A stretch of 64,000 nt of DNA from an uncultured delta proteobacterium. Its GTDB lineage: Bacteria; Myxococcota; Myxococcia; Myxococcales; 40CM-4-68-19. Below the pieces are notes generated by a model. That model did not search any database. It saw only the letters and a list, made by a program, of their open reading frames with translations, and was not told the DNA's origin. The DNA lies in assembly GCA_903911145.1 (NCBI GenBank), contig CAIWCD010000013.1:310001-374000 (forward strand), in the 5' to 3' direction. This document shows, piece after piece, positions 21,969-31,872 of the stretch; within the stretch, counting starts at the first letter, position 1, and each line of letters starts with the position of its first letter. A program made the position numbers and the translations under genes.

Positions 21969-23120
21969 CTATTTCCCGAACAGCTTGTGACCGAGCTGCA
22001 GATCGCCGAACAGCGTCACGCCGATGAGCAACCCGAAGAGCAGCAGCACTCCGATGAGGCTGAGGATCTGCTCGAACTTCGCGTTCGGGCGGCGGCGCAG
22101 GACGATCTCATAGCCGAGGAAGACGAGGCGGCCACCGTCGAGTGCGGGGACGGGCAGCAGATTGAAGATGGCGAGGCCGACCGAGATCTGCGCGAGAAGC
22201 GCGACGAACTCGGCGGCGCCGCGCTTCATCGCGATGGCAGCCTGCTGGATGATGCCGAGCGGACCCGACAGAGAGGCCGCGCCGCCGCGGTGGAAGAGCA
22301 TCCCGATGGCGCCCAGCGAGGCCTGCGTGAGTTCCCACGTCACGCCGATCGCGCGCGGAATGGCCGCGAGCAGCGGCAACTGCTTGAGTTCGCGCGCATA
22401 GCCGACCTGGATGCGGCCGGCCTCCGGGTGCACGCGCAACTCGAAAGAATGACCGTCGCGCTCGAGGGAGATCGCCCGTTCGGCAGGCGCGCCCTCTTTG
22501 TGCAACTCACGAATCAGGTCCTCGAACGACGAGAGCGGCACGCCGTCCACGGAGAGGAGGCGATCGCCGTCGAGCATCCCCGCCGTCGCAGCGGGACCCG
22601 CTGGCACCACCTCGACGCGCGTGCTGTGCGGATCGACCTGGAGGAAACCGACTGTCGAATAGAGCCCGCCGATGAGGAGCACCGCGGTGATCCAGTTCAC
22701 GCCCGGACCCGCGAGGATGACGAGAAAGCGCCGCCAGGCGGGTTTGTTCAAGTACGAGCCAGCGTCGCTGTCGTCGTACTTGCCGTCGTCGTCGGGCGTG
22801 AATCCGGCGATGCGGCAGTAGCCGCCGAGGGGGAACCAGGAGATTCGATATTCAGTATCCCCACGCATCACGCCCCAGAGGCGAGGACCGAAACCGAGCG
22901 AGAAGACCTCCACGCGCATGCCCATCCAGCGCGCGACGAACATGTGCCCCGCCTCGTGGACTGCGATGAGCAGACCGAGGCCCAGCGCGGTCACGAGCTT
23001 CGCCGGCAGTCCGGCAAGCAGCCCCGCAAGCGCCGCGGAGAGCAACGGCAGCGCGATGCTTGGTGTTGCAATGATTGGCATAGCAATCATTGGCATAGCA
23101 ACGATTTGGCGGAGCTCCAT
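21969..23120 (-). CDS. rseP: RseP-like M50 intramembrane metalloprotease with PDZ domain
   Basis: HEAGH, FSLGFGP, PLGGY, AGP, NLLPVPALDGG. ATG overlaps the NUDIX stop (TGATG). Confidence 0.88.
   Translation of the reverse strand: MELRQIVAMPMIAMPIIATPSIALPLLSAALAGLLAGLPAKLVTALGLGLLIAVHEAGHMFVARWMGMRVEVFSLGFGPRLWGVMRGDTEYRISWFPLGGYCRIAGFTPDDDGKYDDSDAGSYLNKPAWRRFLVILAGPGVNWITAVLLIGGLYSTVGFLQVDPHSTRVEVVPAGPAATAGMLDGDRLLSVDGVPLSSFEDLIRELHKEGAPAERAISLERDGHSFELRVHPEAGRIQVGYARELKQLPLLAAIPRAIGVTWELTQASLGAIGMLFHRGGAASLSGPLGIIQQAAIAMKRGAAEFVALLAQISVGLAIFNLLPVPALDGGRLVFLGYEIVLRRRPNAKFEQILSLIGVLLLFGLLIGVTLFGDLQLGHKLFGK
23060..23101. repeat. Three tandem palindromic units, 15-bp period, inside the rseP N-terminus
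   Basis: TTGGTGTTGCAA-tga-TTGGCATAGCAA-tca-TTGGCATAGCAA, encoding VAMPMIAMPIIATP. Confidence 0.8.
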
Positions 23121-23551
23121 CAAACGGCCCGCCGCTCGCCGGTGTGCACCCAGTGGAAATAGTCGCGGAGAATCTCTGCGTGATCGAAGGCCAGCTCGCT
23201 CCAGGGCAACGCGCCCTCGGCGAACCAGCGTGCCTCGGCTGCGTCATCGGCGCCCGAGGGCTGTGCACCTTGCGGAACGCGGCAGGCGTAGACCACCGAC
23301 ATCGTGTGCTGCCGCGGATCGCGCTTCGGATTCGAGTAGGTGAAGAGCTGCTGGACGAGCTCGACATCGAGGCAGGTCTCCTCCTTCGCCTCGCGCACGC
23401 AAGCCGCGCCGGCTTCTTCGCCCTCCTCGATGAAGCCGCCGGGAAGCGCCCAACCGAGAGGAGGATTCTTGCGACGCACGAGCACGATGCGACCCGAACC
23501 GTCGGAGATGATCGCGTCGGTGGTCGGCGTGGGGTTGCGATAGACGGTCAT
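23120..23551 (-). CDS. NUDIX hydrolase
   Basis: WALPGGFIEEGEEAGAACVREAKEET Nudix box, RDPR, ADDA, LAFDH. Confidence 0.92.
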   Translation of the reverse strand: MTVYRNPTPTTDAIISDGSGRIVLVRRKNPPLGWALPGGFIEEGEEAGAACVREAKEETCLDVELVQQLFTYSNPKRDPRQHTMSVVYACRVPQGAQPSGADDAAEARWFAEGALPWSELAFDHAEILRDYFHWVHTGERRAV

Positions 23552-23555
23552 GGCT

Positions 23556-24770
23556 TCAAACCTTCGCTTCGTGCGCCGGACCGCCACCCGTGCGGGCGAG
23601 AGCATCAGCGGCGCGGCTGAAGAGTGCATCGCAGAAGGCCTGCGCGGAGCCGCCCTGCCCTTCGAGCGCCCGTGCGGTGGCGAGCGCGCTGCGGGCCGCG
23701 TCAACGCGCTTCTCCGCTCGAAGAATGTGGGCCATCTCCCGCAGACGCCGCGCGTAGCGAGCCTTGCGCGCGTCGGTGAAGTAGGCCGCCGCCGCTTCGC
23801 GCGCGTGATCCGCAGCAGCCTGCGCGCGTTGCGCATCGTCGGTGTGCAGTGCGCTCTTGGCGATCTCCTCAGCACGTGTGGAGTAGGCACGCAGCGGCTC
23901 GTCCTCGGGGATCCAGGCGGCAAAGAGAGGATCGGCGAAGAGCGCGGCGCCCGCGAGTTGGTGAGGGAGTTCGCCGTCCGGCCCGAATTCGAAATCGGCG
24001 AGTGGATCGGGAGCGATCTCGGGAGCGACACCGAGCATCGCCAGCGCGCGCGGATAGGTCGAGGGAGGAGAGAATCCGTTGCGTGCTCCCTGCGCTTCCG
24101 CTTCAGCGATCAGCGCACGCGCGTGCGCCGGCGCAACCTCCGCGCAGCTGACCACGTTCCCACGCGGCAGCTTCTTGATGAACTCGCGATACGACTTGCG
24201 CGAGAGCGGCAGCGCATCTGCCGTGATGATTCCCTTCACGTCCGAAATCACCACCTGCGCGAGATCGACGCCCGTGCGCCCCGCGCGCGCAAACCAGACC
24301 GCACGCTCGCCATAGGCGTCGATCGAACTCGCGTAGCAAGGCGGCGCCTCCTCCTTCGGCGCTGCGGTCACGAGCGGATTTCCTTGCGGCGCAAGGGCCG
24401 CGACGGCGACGCCCTTCTGCTTGAGCCGCTGCAACTCGCGCTTGGCATCCTTCGCGAGCACCTTGTGCGGCCCCTGCGCGACTTCGCGAATCAGCTCCTG
24501 CCGACTTGCCTCGGCGGCCGCACGCAGAAGCGACGCGGCGAGAAGTTCGGGAAGCGCAACCAGCGCGGCTGCGCCCGACTTCGGCTCGAGCGAAGGAGAG
24601 TCGACGAGGATCGCGCCGAGCACTTCACGCGCGCGCTCGATGCTCTCGAGCGAACAGGCTGCAGCGCCCGCACACTCGATCTCTTCGGCGATGCTCGACG
24701 GCTTCAACGCAGCGTCGCGCAGGAGGGCAAGCAGCTCTTCGGTCCCGAGGTTGTGGCTGTCTGGATTCAT
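23556..24770 (-). CDS. Hypothetical helical protein
   Basis: Long ORF from ATG 24770, same strand as and 4 bp from NUDIX; no recognised motif. Confidence 0.7.
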   Translation of the reverse strand: MNPDSHNLGTEELLALLRDAALKPSSIAEEIECAGAAACSLESIERAREVLGAILVDSPSLEPKSGAAALVALPELLAASLLRAAAEASRQELIREVAQGPHKVLAKDAKRELQRLKQKGVAVAALAPQGNPLVTAAPKEEAPPCYASSIDAYGERAVWFARAGRTGVDLAQVVISDVKGIITADALPLSRKSYREFIKKLPRGNVVSCAEVAPAHARALIAEAEAQGARNGFSPPSTYPRALAMLGVAPEIAPDPLADFEFGPDGELPHQLAGAALFADPLFAAWIPEDEPLRAYSTRAEEIAKSALHTDDAQRAQAAADHAREAAAAYFTDARKARYARRLREMAHILRAEKRVDAARSALATARALEGQGGSAQAFCDALFSRAADALARTGGGPAHEAKV

Positions 24771-24847
24771 GGGGCGCGCACCATAGCAGGGGAGCCGCGA
24801 ACGTCCACGGCTTGCACGGCGCGGCGGCGGCGGTTTACAGACCGCGC

Positions 24848-25741
24848 ATGACCGACGCAGAGGCAGTGAAGATGGGCGCAACGCGGCAGGCGGTGGTGAT
24901 CGACGGCAAGGCGATCGCAGCGCTCGTCCGCGCCGAGGTCGCGAGCGCGGCGGCGGAGATCGCGGCAAAGCACGGAATCGCGCCGGGCCTCGCTGTCGTG
25001 CGTGTCGGTGAAGATCCGGCCTCGGTGATCTACGTGCGCGGGAAGATCAAGGCCTGCGCGGAGGCGGGCATCGCTTCGTTTGAACGGCTGCTGCCGGAGA
25101 GCACGACGCAGGCCCAGTTGCTCGCGGTGGTCAACGATCTCAACCGCGATGCGCGCGTGCACGGCGTGCTCGTGCAGCTGCCGCTCCCCAGGCAGAACTC
25201 CGCCGACGCGATCATTGAAGCGCTCGCGCCGGAGAAGGACGTCGACGGATTCGGCCCGCGCAACACCTATCTGCTCTCGGCGGGACGCCCCGGACTGCGG
25301 CCCTGCACGCCCTGGGGATGTCTGCGTCTGCTCGACGAGGCGGGAGTGAAGCTCGCGGGAACGCGCGCGCTGGTGGTGGGCCGCAGCAACATCGTCGGCA
25401 AGCCGATGGCGCAGCTGCTCCTCGAGAGAAATGCAACCGTGACCATCGCGCACTCGCGCACGGCCGATCTCGCCGCGGAGGTTGCGCGGGCGGACGTCGT
25501 GATCGCGGCGGTGGGCAAGGCCGAGATCATCAAAGGCAGCTGGATCAAGCCTGGCGCGGCCGTGATCGATGTCGGGATGAATCGGGGCCCCGACGGCAAG
25601 CTGCTCGGCGACGTCGAGTTCGCGGCTGCGGCCGAGCGCGCGGCATTCATCACCAGGGTGCCGGGCGGCGTGGGGCCGATGACGATCGCGATGCTGCTGG
25701 CGAACACCATCGAGGCGGCTCGCGCGCAGCTCACGAAGTAA
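24848..25741 (+). CDS. folD: Methylene-THF dehydrogenase/cyclohydrolase
   Basis: [42 protein letters not shown]. Confidence 0.96.
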   Translation: MTDAEAVKMGATRQAVVIDGKAIAALVRAEVASAAAEIAAKHGIAPGLAVVRVGEDPASVIYVRGKIKACAEAGIASFERLLPESTTQAQLLAVVNDLNRDARVHGVLVQLPLPRQNSADAIIEALAPEKDVDGFGPRNTYLLSAGRPGLRPCTPWGCLRLLDEAGVKLAGTRALVVGRSNIVGKPMAQLLLERNATVTIAHSRTADLAAEVARADVVIAAVGKAEIIKGSWIKPGAAVIDVGMNRGPDGKLLGDVEFAAAAERAAFITRVPGGVGPMTIAMLLANTIEAARAQLTK

Positions 25742-25747
25742 CCCGCG

Positions 25748-26647
25748 CTATCCGCGCCACGGCTCCATCGCGCGAAGCGCCGCGAGGATCGCGCGCGACG
25801 AGGGACTGCGATTGAGCGTGTAGAAATGAATGCCCGGTGCGCCTCGCCGGAGCAGGTCCGCGCACTGGAGCGTCGCCCACGCGACGCCGAGCTGCAGCGC
25901 CGCCTCCGGATCCGACCGACGAACGCGCATCGCCGCCGCCAGCTTGGGCGGAACGCTTGCTCCACAGAGCGCCGTGAACCGCTCGACCTGATCGACGTTG
26001 GTGATCGGCATGATGCCCGGAAGGATGGGAACCGTGATGCCCGCGGCGCGCGCGCGGCCGACGAAGTCGAAGTAGCAGCGGTTGTCGAAGAAGAGCTGCG
26101 TGATGAGAAACTGCGCGCCCGCATCGACCTTCGCCTTGAGGTGCCGCAAATCGTCGAGCGGATCCTTCGACTCGATGTGCCCTTCCGGATAGCAGGCGCC
26201 TCCGATGCAGAGCGGCGCGCCGTCTCCTTCGCGGGCGAGCTGGATGAGGTCGCTCGCATGCGCGAGCCCATGTGCATGCGGGGTGAACTCGCGGACCCCT
26301 CGCGGTGGGTCGCCGCGGAGCAGAAGCACGTTCTTGATGTTCGCGGCGCGAAACGAGGAGAGGGTTGCGCGCAATTCGTCGACGCTGACTCCGGCGCACG
26401 TCAGGTGCGCCATCGCCGTCAACTCGCTCTCCCTGGCGATGCGCGCGAGGATCTCCTGCGAGCGACCGCCGACGTTTCCGCCCGCGCCCCACGTCACGCT
26501 GACGAAGCTCGGCGCCAGAGGCCGCAGCGCGCGGATCGACTCAAAGAGCGACTCGACACCCGCGTCCGTCTTGGGCGGAAAGAATTCGAAGGAGAAGACC
26601 GGCTCTCCCCTTTCGGCTGCATGAGCAAGCAATTCGGTGATCTTCAT
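25748..26647 (-). CDS. metF: Methylenetetrahydrofolate reductase
   Basis: SFEFFPPK, AHLTC, LRGDPP, YPEGH, ITQLFF, HFYTLN. Confidence 0.96.
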   Translation of the reverse strand: MKITELLAHAAERGEPVFSFEFFPPKTDAGVESLFESIRALRPLAPSFVSVTWGAGGNVGGRSQEILARIARESELTAMAHLTCAGVSVDELRATLSSFRAANIKNVLLLRGDPPRGVREFTPHAHGLAHASDLIQLAREGDGAPLCIGGACYPEGHIESKDPLDDLRHLKAKVDAGAQFLITQLFFDNRCYFDFVGRARAAGITVPILPGIMPITNVDQVERFTALCGASVPPKLAAAMRVRRSDPEAALQLGVAWATLQCADLLRRGAPGIHFYTLNRSPSSRAILAALRAMEPWRG

Positions 26648-27870
26648 CGGACACCTCCGTCGAACGTGGGCGCGGTCGCCGCCTGGACTGTGACATCTGT
26701 ACACGGAGTGTCACAATCGCTCAGCGTGTACGAGTCGACGACCCGGCCCAAAATGTCGAGCGTGCGGCCGGTGACATGGCAGCCGCAGACCGAGAGCGTC
26801 GCGAACGAGAGCTGCTTGAGCGCGAGCTTCACTCCTGCGCCGGCCGGATCCGGATCCTCGAGTGGCGCGCCGCCGCCTCCGAGGACGAAGTAGTGCAGTC
26901 CATCGACCTCGCCGCGCTCGTAGAAGTGCTCGTGACCGGCGAAGACCGCTTCGACCGGGTGGACCTTCTGCACCATCGAGATGAGTTCGCGCACACCGGG
27001 CAGCCCACCGTGGCTCTGGCGCATCTGCAGCGGATGCGTCTGCGGCCCCTGGTGCACGAGCATCCAGAGGTGGTGGTCCGCGGGCACCGACTTCGCGTCG
27101 GCCTCCGCCCAGGCCTTCTGCGCATCAGAGACGCCACCCGTGTGCGCGTCCGCTCCCGCCTGCATTTCGAACGAGTCGAGCACCTGGACGTGGACGTTTC
27201 CGTAGTCGAGTGCGTGATACGCGGGACGGCCTGGTTCCTTGAAGTGGCGGCTGTAGGTGACCCCCTTGTCGGTGATCTCGTGGTTGCCTACGGTGGGTAC
27301 GAACGGCGTGGTCGAGAGCAGGTCCCGCTCGACATCGAACCACCGCTCCCACGCACGCTGATCCTTCGCATTCACCACCATGTCGCCAGTGTGAAGGGCG
27401 AGCGCTGCTCCTTGCGCGGCCGCGGCGCGAACCACCAGTGCGTGATCTCCACCGTTCGTGCGGTTGTCCCCATAGACGAGCACTGTGAACGCGCGAGAGG
27501 AGGCTGTGGCGGCCGGGTCCGGTGCAGTCGTGAAACTTCCACGAGCAGCGGGATTCGACGCGAGGTGGAACTCGTATCGAGCCCCCGGCGTCAGCTGCTC
27601 GAGCCGCACGCGGTGGTCGACCACCGGAGCAAACTCCTGCGCGCTCTGCTGCGAACCAGGCCGTCCATCCGGACCTACCAGCGTGAACTCAACCCGCCCG
27701 AGAGAGGGCCCCGCAGTCGTCCACGCCACCGTCATCTCCCGCGCCCCCGGGAACATCAACCACGGACCGAGCACGACGGGCTGCGAAGCGCCCTCTGTGG
27801 CCACCCGCGCGGGCGAGCAGCCGAATGAGGCGACGGTGCAGACAGCAAGGAGCAATCTGGAGCGGGACAT
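26644..27870 (-). CDS. Lipoprotein metallophosphoesterase (purple acid phosphatase-like, FN3 N-domain)
   Basis: Lipobox-like ASFGC, GDNR, HTGD, GNHE, GHEH. Confidence 0.85.
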   Translation of the reverse strand: MSRSRLLLAVCTVASFGCSPARVATEGASQPVVLGPWLMFPGAREMTVAWTTAGPSLGRVEFTLVGPDGRPGSQQSAQEFAPVVDHRVRLEQLTPGARYEFHLASNPAARGSFTTAPDPAATASSRAFTVLVYGDNRTNGGDHALVVRAAAAQGAALALHTGDMVVNAKDQRAWERWFDVERDLLSTTPFVPTVGNHEITDKGVTYSRHFKEPGRPAYHALDYGNVHVQVLDSFEMQAGADAHTGGVSDAQKAWAEADAKSVPADHHLWMLVHQGPQTHPLQMRQSHGGLPGVRELISMVQKVHPVEAVFAGHEHFYERGEVDGLHYFVLGGGGAPLEDPDPAGAGVKLALKQLSFATLSVCGCHVTGRTLDILGRVVDSYTLSDCDTPCTDVTVQAATAPTFDGGVR

Positions 27871-27989
27871 CGGGCGACGATACTCTTCTGGTGCGCGGGG
27901 CCGCTACTTTATGCGCTCGCGGTCGCAACCAGGCAGTGGACCTCAACGAGCATCTTGCAATTGGTCCCTTTCGCTCCTAGCTTGCCGCC

Positions 27990-28526
27990 ATGCGAACTCT
28001 TTGCAACTCGCTCGTCCTCCCTGCTGCCGCCCTCGCGCTCCTCTGCACTTCTCGCGTCGCTCGGGCCGAGACGGAAGCGGCCCCAGCGGCCGCGCATCTC
28101 GCCGCGGCGCAGCGCCTCTACCAGAAGCTCGATCTCGATGCCGCGATGGCCGAACTGAAGGAGGCGGAGACCGACGCGCGCTCGAAGAATGATGAGAACG
28201 AGATCGTCACCGTGCTCATCTACAAGGGGCTCATCAATGCCGACAACGGGAAGGCGTCGGACATGACGGAGCTGTTCAAGCGGGCGCTCGCGATGCGGCC
28301 CTGGGCCGAGGTTCCGCCCGATACATCGCCGCGGCTCGCCAAGCAGTTCAACGACGTGCGCAAGGAGCTCTGGGGAAACGCCGGACAGCTCAAGGCGCCG
28401 CCCAAGAAGAAGCCGCACCCGGTCGTCGGAGCAGGTGGGGGGCCCGCGGCGAATGCACCGGTGGTCGCGCCTGCGCCCGATGCGCCGACGGGTCCGATCG
28501 TCGTTCCGCTCGCACCGACGAAGTAG
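27990..28526 (+). CDS. Secreted TPR-like hypothetical protein
   Basis: Signal peptide, helical repeats, Pro-rich tail. Confidence 0.7.
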   Translation: MRTLCNSLVLPAAALALLCTSRVARAETEAAPAAAHLAAAQRLYQKLDLDAAMAELKEAETDARSKNDENEIVTVLIYKGLINADNGKASDMTELFKRALAMRPWAEVPPDTSPRLAKQFNDVRKELWGNAGQLKAPPKKKPHPVVGAGGGPAANAPVVAPAPDAPTGPIVVPLAPTK

Positions 28527-28584
28527 TCTGCACGCTCGAGTACGAGCGAACCGCGCCCCTACCGGATGCAGCGCGGGGACGAGC

Positions 28585-28920
28585 TCAGCCGTGGCGCAGA
28601 AAGAGCGCCGCGATTGCCGCGATGGCAATCACCGTGAACACAGCGAGTGACGCGAGCAGCGCCTGGGGATCCGGGCGCAGTGTCGCCGCGAGCGCACGAC
28701 CTTCTGTCCTCTCGGCCAAGCGCTGGGCTGCAGCAGCGGGAGCCAGATCTCCAACATCCTGATCGAGAGACGCGAGCAGCGTCCGCGCGCCGCGGAAGTC
28801 GCCCCGCTCAAGCGCCGCACGCGCCTCGGCCAACGGCCCTGTCGGCACGGGTTTCGCGGCACGCGCCGCCTTCTCCGCTGCTCTCTCTGCTGCGCGCTCT
28901 GTTCCGGTCGGCTTGGCCAT
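28585..28920 (-). CDS. Small hypothetical protein with a C-terminal TM segment
   Basis: Helical region followed by a hydrophobic C-terminus; -10-like element upstream. Confidence 0.65.
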   Translation of the reverse strand: MAKPTGTERAAERAAEKAARAAKPVPTGPLAEARAALERGDFRGARTLLASLDQDVGDLAPAAAAQRLAERTEGRALAATLRPDPQALLASLAVFTVIAIAAIAALFLRHG

Positions 28921-29027
28921 GCGCCGCGCACCTTACAGCAACTCCACCGCGTCGCGAGAACGACTGAACGTTCCATCCGCTCGAGTGCGATGGCGCGAGA
29001 GCGTCTCACGATGGTAAGCGAACGCAC

Positions 29028-30578
29028 GTGGCGCGCACCTCGGAGCTGATCGATTTTCGTCGGGCCTTCTGGTGGCTCCTGGGCGGAGTGCTGCTGCCGA
29101 GTGTGGCGCTGGTGGCCTTCGGCGTTGTCGCGGTCACCAACGAGCGCGCCGCGGTCGAGCGCAGACTTTCGGAAGAGTACACGGGCAAGCTGCGCGCGGT
29201 GGAGGCCGGCTTGCGCACGCGCCTCGACGAGGCGGTCGCGGAGCAGGTGCGCGCCGTGCGGGCGGGGCTCGATGAGGCCGCAGGAGATTCACGCGCTGCG
29301 ACCGGAACGACTGCACTCGATCCGATTCTGCACAGCGCGCTGCGTGTCGATTCGCCCGAGGTACCGCCGCGTCTCGCAGAGTCTGTGCAGCGCGCGCAGA
29401 GTGCGCTGGGCAAGGACGGGGAGCACGTTTTCGCTTCGATTGAGATGAACGGCGAGCGGCGGCGCTACGCGCTCTTCCGTGCGATTTCCCCTCGAGGACG
29501 CTCGCAGCTCTTCGCCGCGGAGCTCGACCTCAAGTCGCTCGCGCTCGAGTTGCCTCGTCTCGCGGCAACGATGGAGCCGCATGAACGCGCGACGTTCCAG
29601 CTGCTCACGCCGCTCGACAGCACCGCCCCCCTCGACACGCTTCGCCGCCTCGTCTCCGAGGTCGCGCCGACAGGTGAGGGCCGCGCCACCGTCGCACGTC
29701 TTCCTCTCGATGCGCCGTTCGAGGGAATGCTGCTCACCGCCGAGCTCGCCGGAGATGACCCGATCGCAGCGCTCGCATTTCGCAACCGCACGCTCTACGT
29801 CGCGCTGCTCGCCCTGCTCTACAGCTCGATCGGCACCGGCTTCGCGCTGACGCTGCGCGAACTCTATCGCGGAGAAAAGCTGTCGCGACTGAAGACCGAC
29901 TTCGTCGCCAACATCTCGCACGAGCTGCGCACGCCACTGACGTCGGTGCGGCTCTTTGCCGAGACGCTCCAATCGGGGCGTGCGTCGACGCCCGAAGAGG
30001 TGAAGGAGTGCCTCACGCTGCTGTCGAGCGAGGCCGAGCGCCTGTCGCTGCTCGTCGAGAAGCTGCTCGACTGGTCGCGCCTCGAGAGCGGATCGCGCGA
30101 ACTGCACAAGGAGAGCGTCGCTGTCGCCTCACTCCTCGATCAGGCCGGCGAGATCTTCCGCGCGCAGCAACTCGGCGCGTCCTACAGCACGCAGCTCGAG
30201 GAGAATCTGCCGCGCGTGTTCATCGATCGAGACGCGATGGCGCAGGTCGTGCTCAATCTGCTCCACAACGCGGTGAAGTACACACGCGAGGATAAGAAGA
30301 TTGTGCTGCGGGCGCGCAGAGAGGGAAAGCAGGTTGCGATCGAGGTGGAAGACAATGGACTCGGCGTTCGCACGCACGACAAGAAGCGCATCTTCGAGCG
30401 GTTCTATCGCGCCGACGATCTGCTCTCCCGCCGCACCGAAGGCACGGGGCTTGGCCTGGCGATCGCAAAACGAATTGTCGAGTGGCACGGCGGAACGATC
30501 GACCTCGAATCGACGCTCGGCGAAGGGAGCATCTTTCGCGTGCTGCTGCCAGCCGAGCCGAGAGGGGGTGCGCCATGA
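29028..30578 (+). CDS. Sensor histidine kinase
   Basis: Two TM segments, SHELRTPL, NLLHNAVKY, GTGLGL. Confidence 0.92.
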   Translation: MARTSELIDFRRAFWWLLGGVLLPSVALVAFGVVAVTNERAAVERRLSEEYTGKLRAVEAGLRTRLDEAVAEQVRAVRAGLDEAAGDSRAATGTTALDPILHSALRVDSPEVPPRLAESVQRAQSALGKDGEHVFASIEMNGERRRYALFRAISPRGRSQLFAAELDLKSLALELPRLAATMEPHERATFQLLTPLDSTAPLDTLRRLVSEVAPTGEGRATVARLPLDAPFEGMLLTAELAGDDPIAALAFRNRTLYVALLALLYSSIGTGFALTLRELYRGEKLSRLKTDFVANISHELRTPLTSVRLFAETLQSGRASTPEEVKECLTLLSSEAERLSLLVEKLLDWSRLESGSRELHKESVAVASLLDQAGEIFRAQQLGASYSTQLEENLPRVFIDRDAMAQVVLNLLHNAVKYTREDKKIVLRARREGKQVAIEVEDNGLGVRTHDKKRIFERFYRADDLLSRRTEGTGLGLAIAKRIVEWHGGTIDLESTLGEGSIFRVLLPAEPRGGAP

Positions 30579-31255
30579 GCCGCGTTCTGATCGTCGAGGA
30601 TGATCGCGCGATCGCGCTCGGGCTGCGGCTGAATCTGCGCAAGGAGAATCACGAGGTCGAGATCGCGCACGACGGCGAGGAGGGTCTGCGCCTCGGACTC
30701 GATCCACGCGTGGACCTGATTGTGCTCGATGTGATGCTGCCGCAGCGCAACGGCTTCGAGGTGCTCAAGGAGCTGCGCAGCCGCGGCTCGACGGCGTCGG
30801 TGCTGATGCTGACGGCGAAGAATCTCGAGGGGGACAAGATTCTCGGGCTCAAGCTGGGCGCGGATGACTATCTCGCCAAGCCGTTCGGCCTCGGAGAGCT
30901 GCTCGCGCGTGTCGAGGCGCTGCTGCGCCGTCGGCCACCAGCGGCGCCGCGCGGTGATCTGGTGCAATTCGCGGACGTCGTCGTCGATCTTGCGGCGCAG
31001 ACCGTTCGCCGTGGGGGCGCGCTGGTCGATGTGACGCCGCAGGAGTTTCGCGTGCTGCGGCTCTTCGTCGAGCAGCCAGGCCGTGCGCTCTCTCGCGAAG
31101 ACATCGTCGCGCGCGGATGGGGAAACGAGTACGAAGGCACGCCGCGCACGGTCGACAACTTCGTGCGGGCGCTGCGCGTGAAGCTCGAGATGGACGCAGA
31201 GGAGCCGCGCTACTTCGTCACCGTTCGCGGCGTCGGTTACAGATTCGAGAAGTGA
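30575..31255 (+). CDS. OmpR-family response regulator
   Basis: LIVEDD, LDVMLP, GADDYLAKPF, winged helix ending TVRGVGYRF. Confidence 0.95.
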   Translation: MSRVLIVEDDRAIALGLRLNLRKENHEVEIAHDGEEGLRLGLDPRVDLIVLDVMLPQRNGFEVLKELRSRGSTASVLMLTAKNLEGDKILGLKLGADDYLAKPFGLGELLARVEALLRRRPPAAPRGDLVQFADVVVDLAAQTVRRGGALVDVTPQEFRVLRLFVEQPGRALSREDIVARGWGNEYEGTPRTVDNFVRALRVKLEMDAEEPRYFVTVRGVGYRFEK

Positions 31256-31268
31256 GGAGGAGAACCAA

Positions 31269-31823
31269 GTGAACGTGATTCCGACTGAGATCCCTGGCGT
31301 CCTGATCATCGAACCGAAGGTGCATCGCGATCCGCGCGGCTTCTTCCTCGAGAGCTGGGAGCAGGCGCGCTACGCGTCGCACGGGATCGGGCCGCAGTTT
31401 GTGCAGGACAATCATTCTCGCTCGCAGAAGGGCACGCTGCGCGGACTCCACGCACAGTTGCTGCAGCCGCAGGGCAAGCTCGTGCGCGCCGTGCGCGGAG
31501 AGATCTTCGACGTCGCCGTCGATGGACGTCCGAGCTCGCCGACGTTCGGCAAGTCGGTGGGCGTCACGCTCTCCGACGAGAATTTCCGCCAGCTCTGGGT
31601 GCCGCCGGGAATGTTCCACGGCTTCGCCGTCGTCTCGGAGATCGCGGAGGTTGAGTACAAGTGCTCGGCGCCCTACGCGCGCGCGGACGAAGTCGGCATC
31701 CGCTGGAACGATCCGGCCCTGGGGATCGTGTGGCCTGTACACGAACCCCTCTTGTCGCCGAAGGACGCGGAGGCGCCGACACTCGCCGAGGTGCGCGAGA
31801 AGCTTGCCAAGGCCGGCTGGTAG
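31269..31823 (+). CDS. rfbC: dTDP-4-dehydrorhamnose 3,5-epimerase
   Basis: DPRGFFLE, QDNHSRS, LRGLH, QGKLVR, HGF, YKC, WNDP. Confidence 0.95.
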   Translation: MNVIPTEIPGVLIIEPKVHRDPRGFFLESWEQARYASHGIGPQFVQDNHSRSQKGTLRGLHAQLLQPQGKLVRAVRGEIFDVAVDGRPSSPTFGKSVGVTLSDENFRQLWVPPGMFHGFAVVSEIAEVEYKCSAPYARADEVGIRWNDPALGIVWPVHEPLLSPKDAEAPTLAEVREKLAKAGW

Positions 31824-31872
31824 ATCCAGCAGACCCGCGCCAGGAGCGGACGCCGCGTACTTAACGATCTGG

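Noticed and set aside
23060..23101. CRISPR array
   Set aside because: Units are 12 bp with 3-bp spacers, and there are no cas genes.
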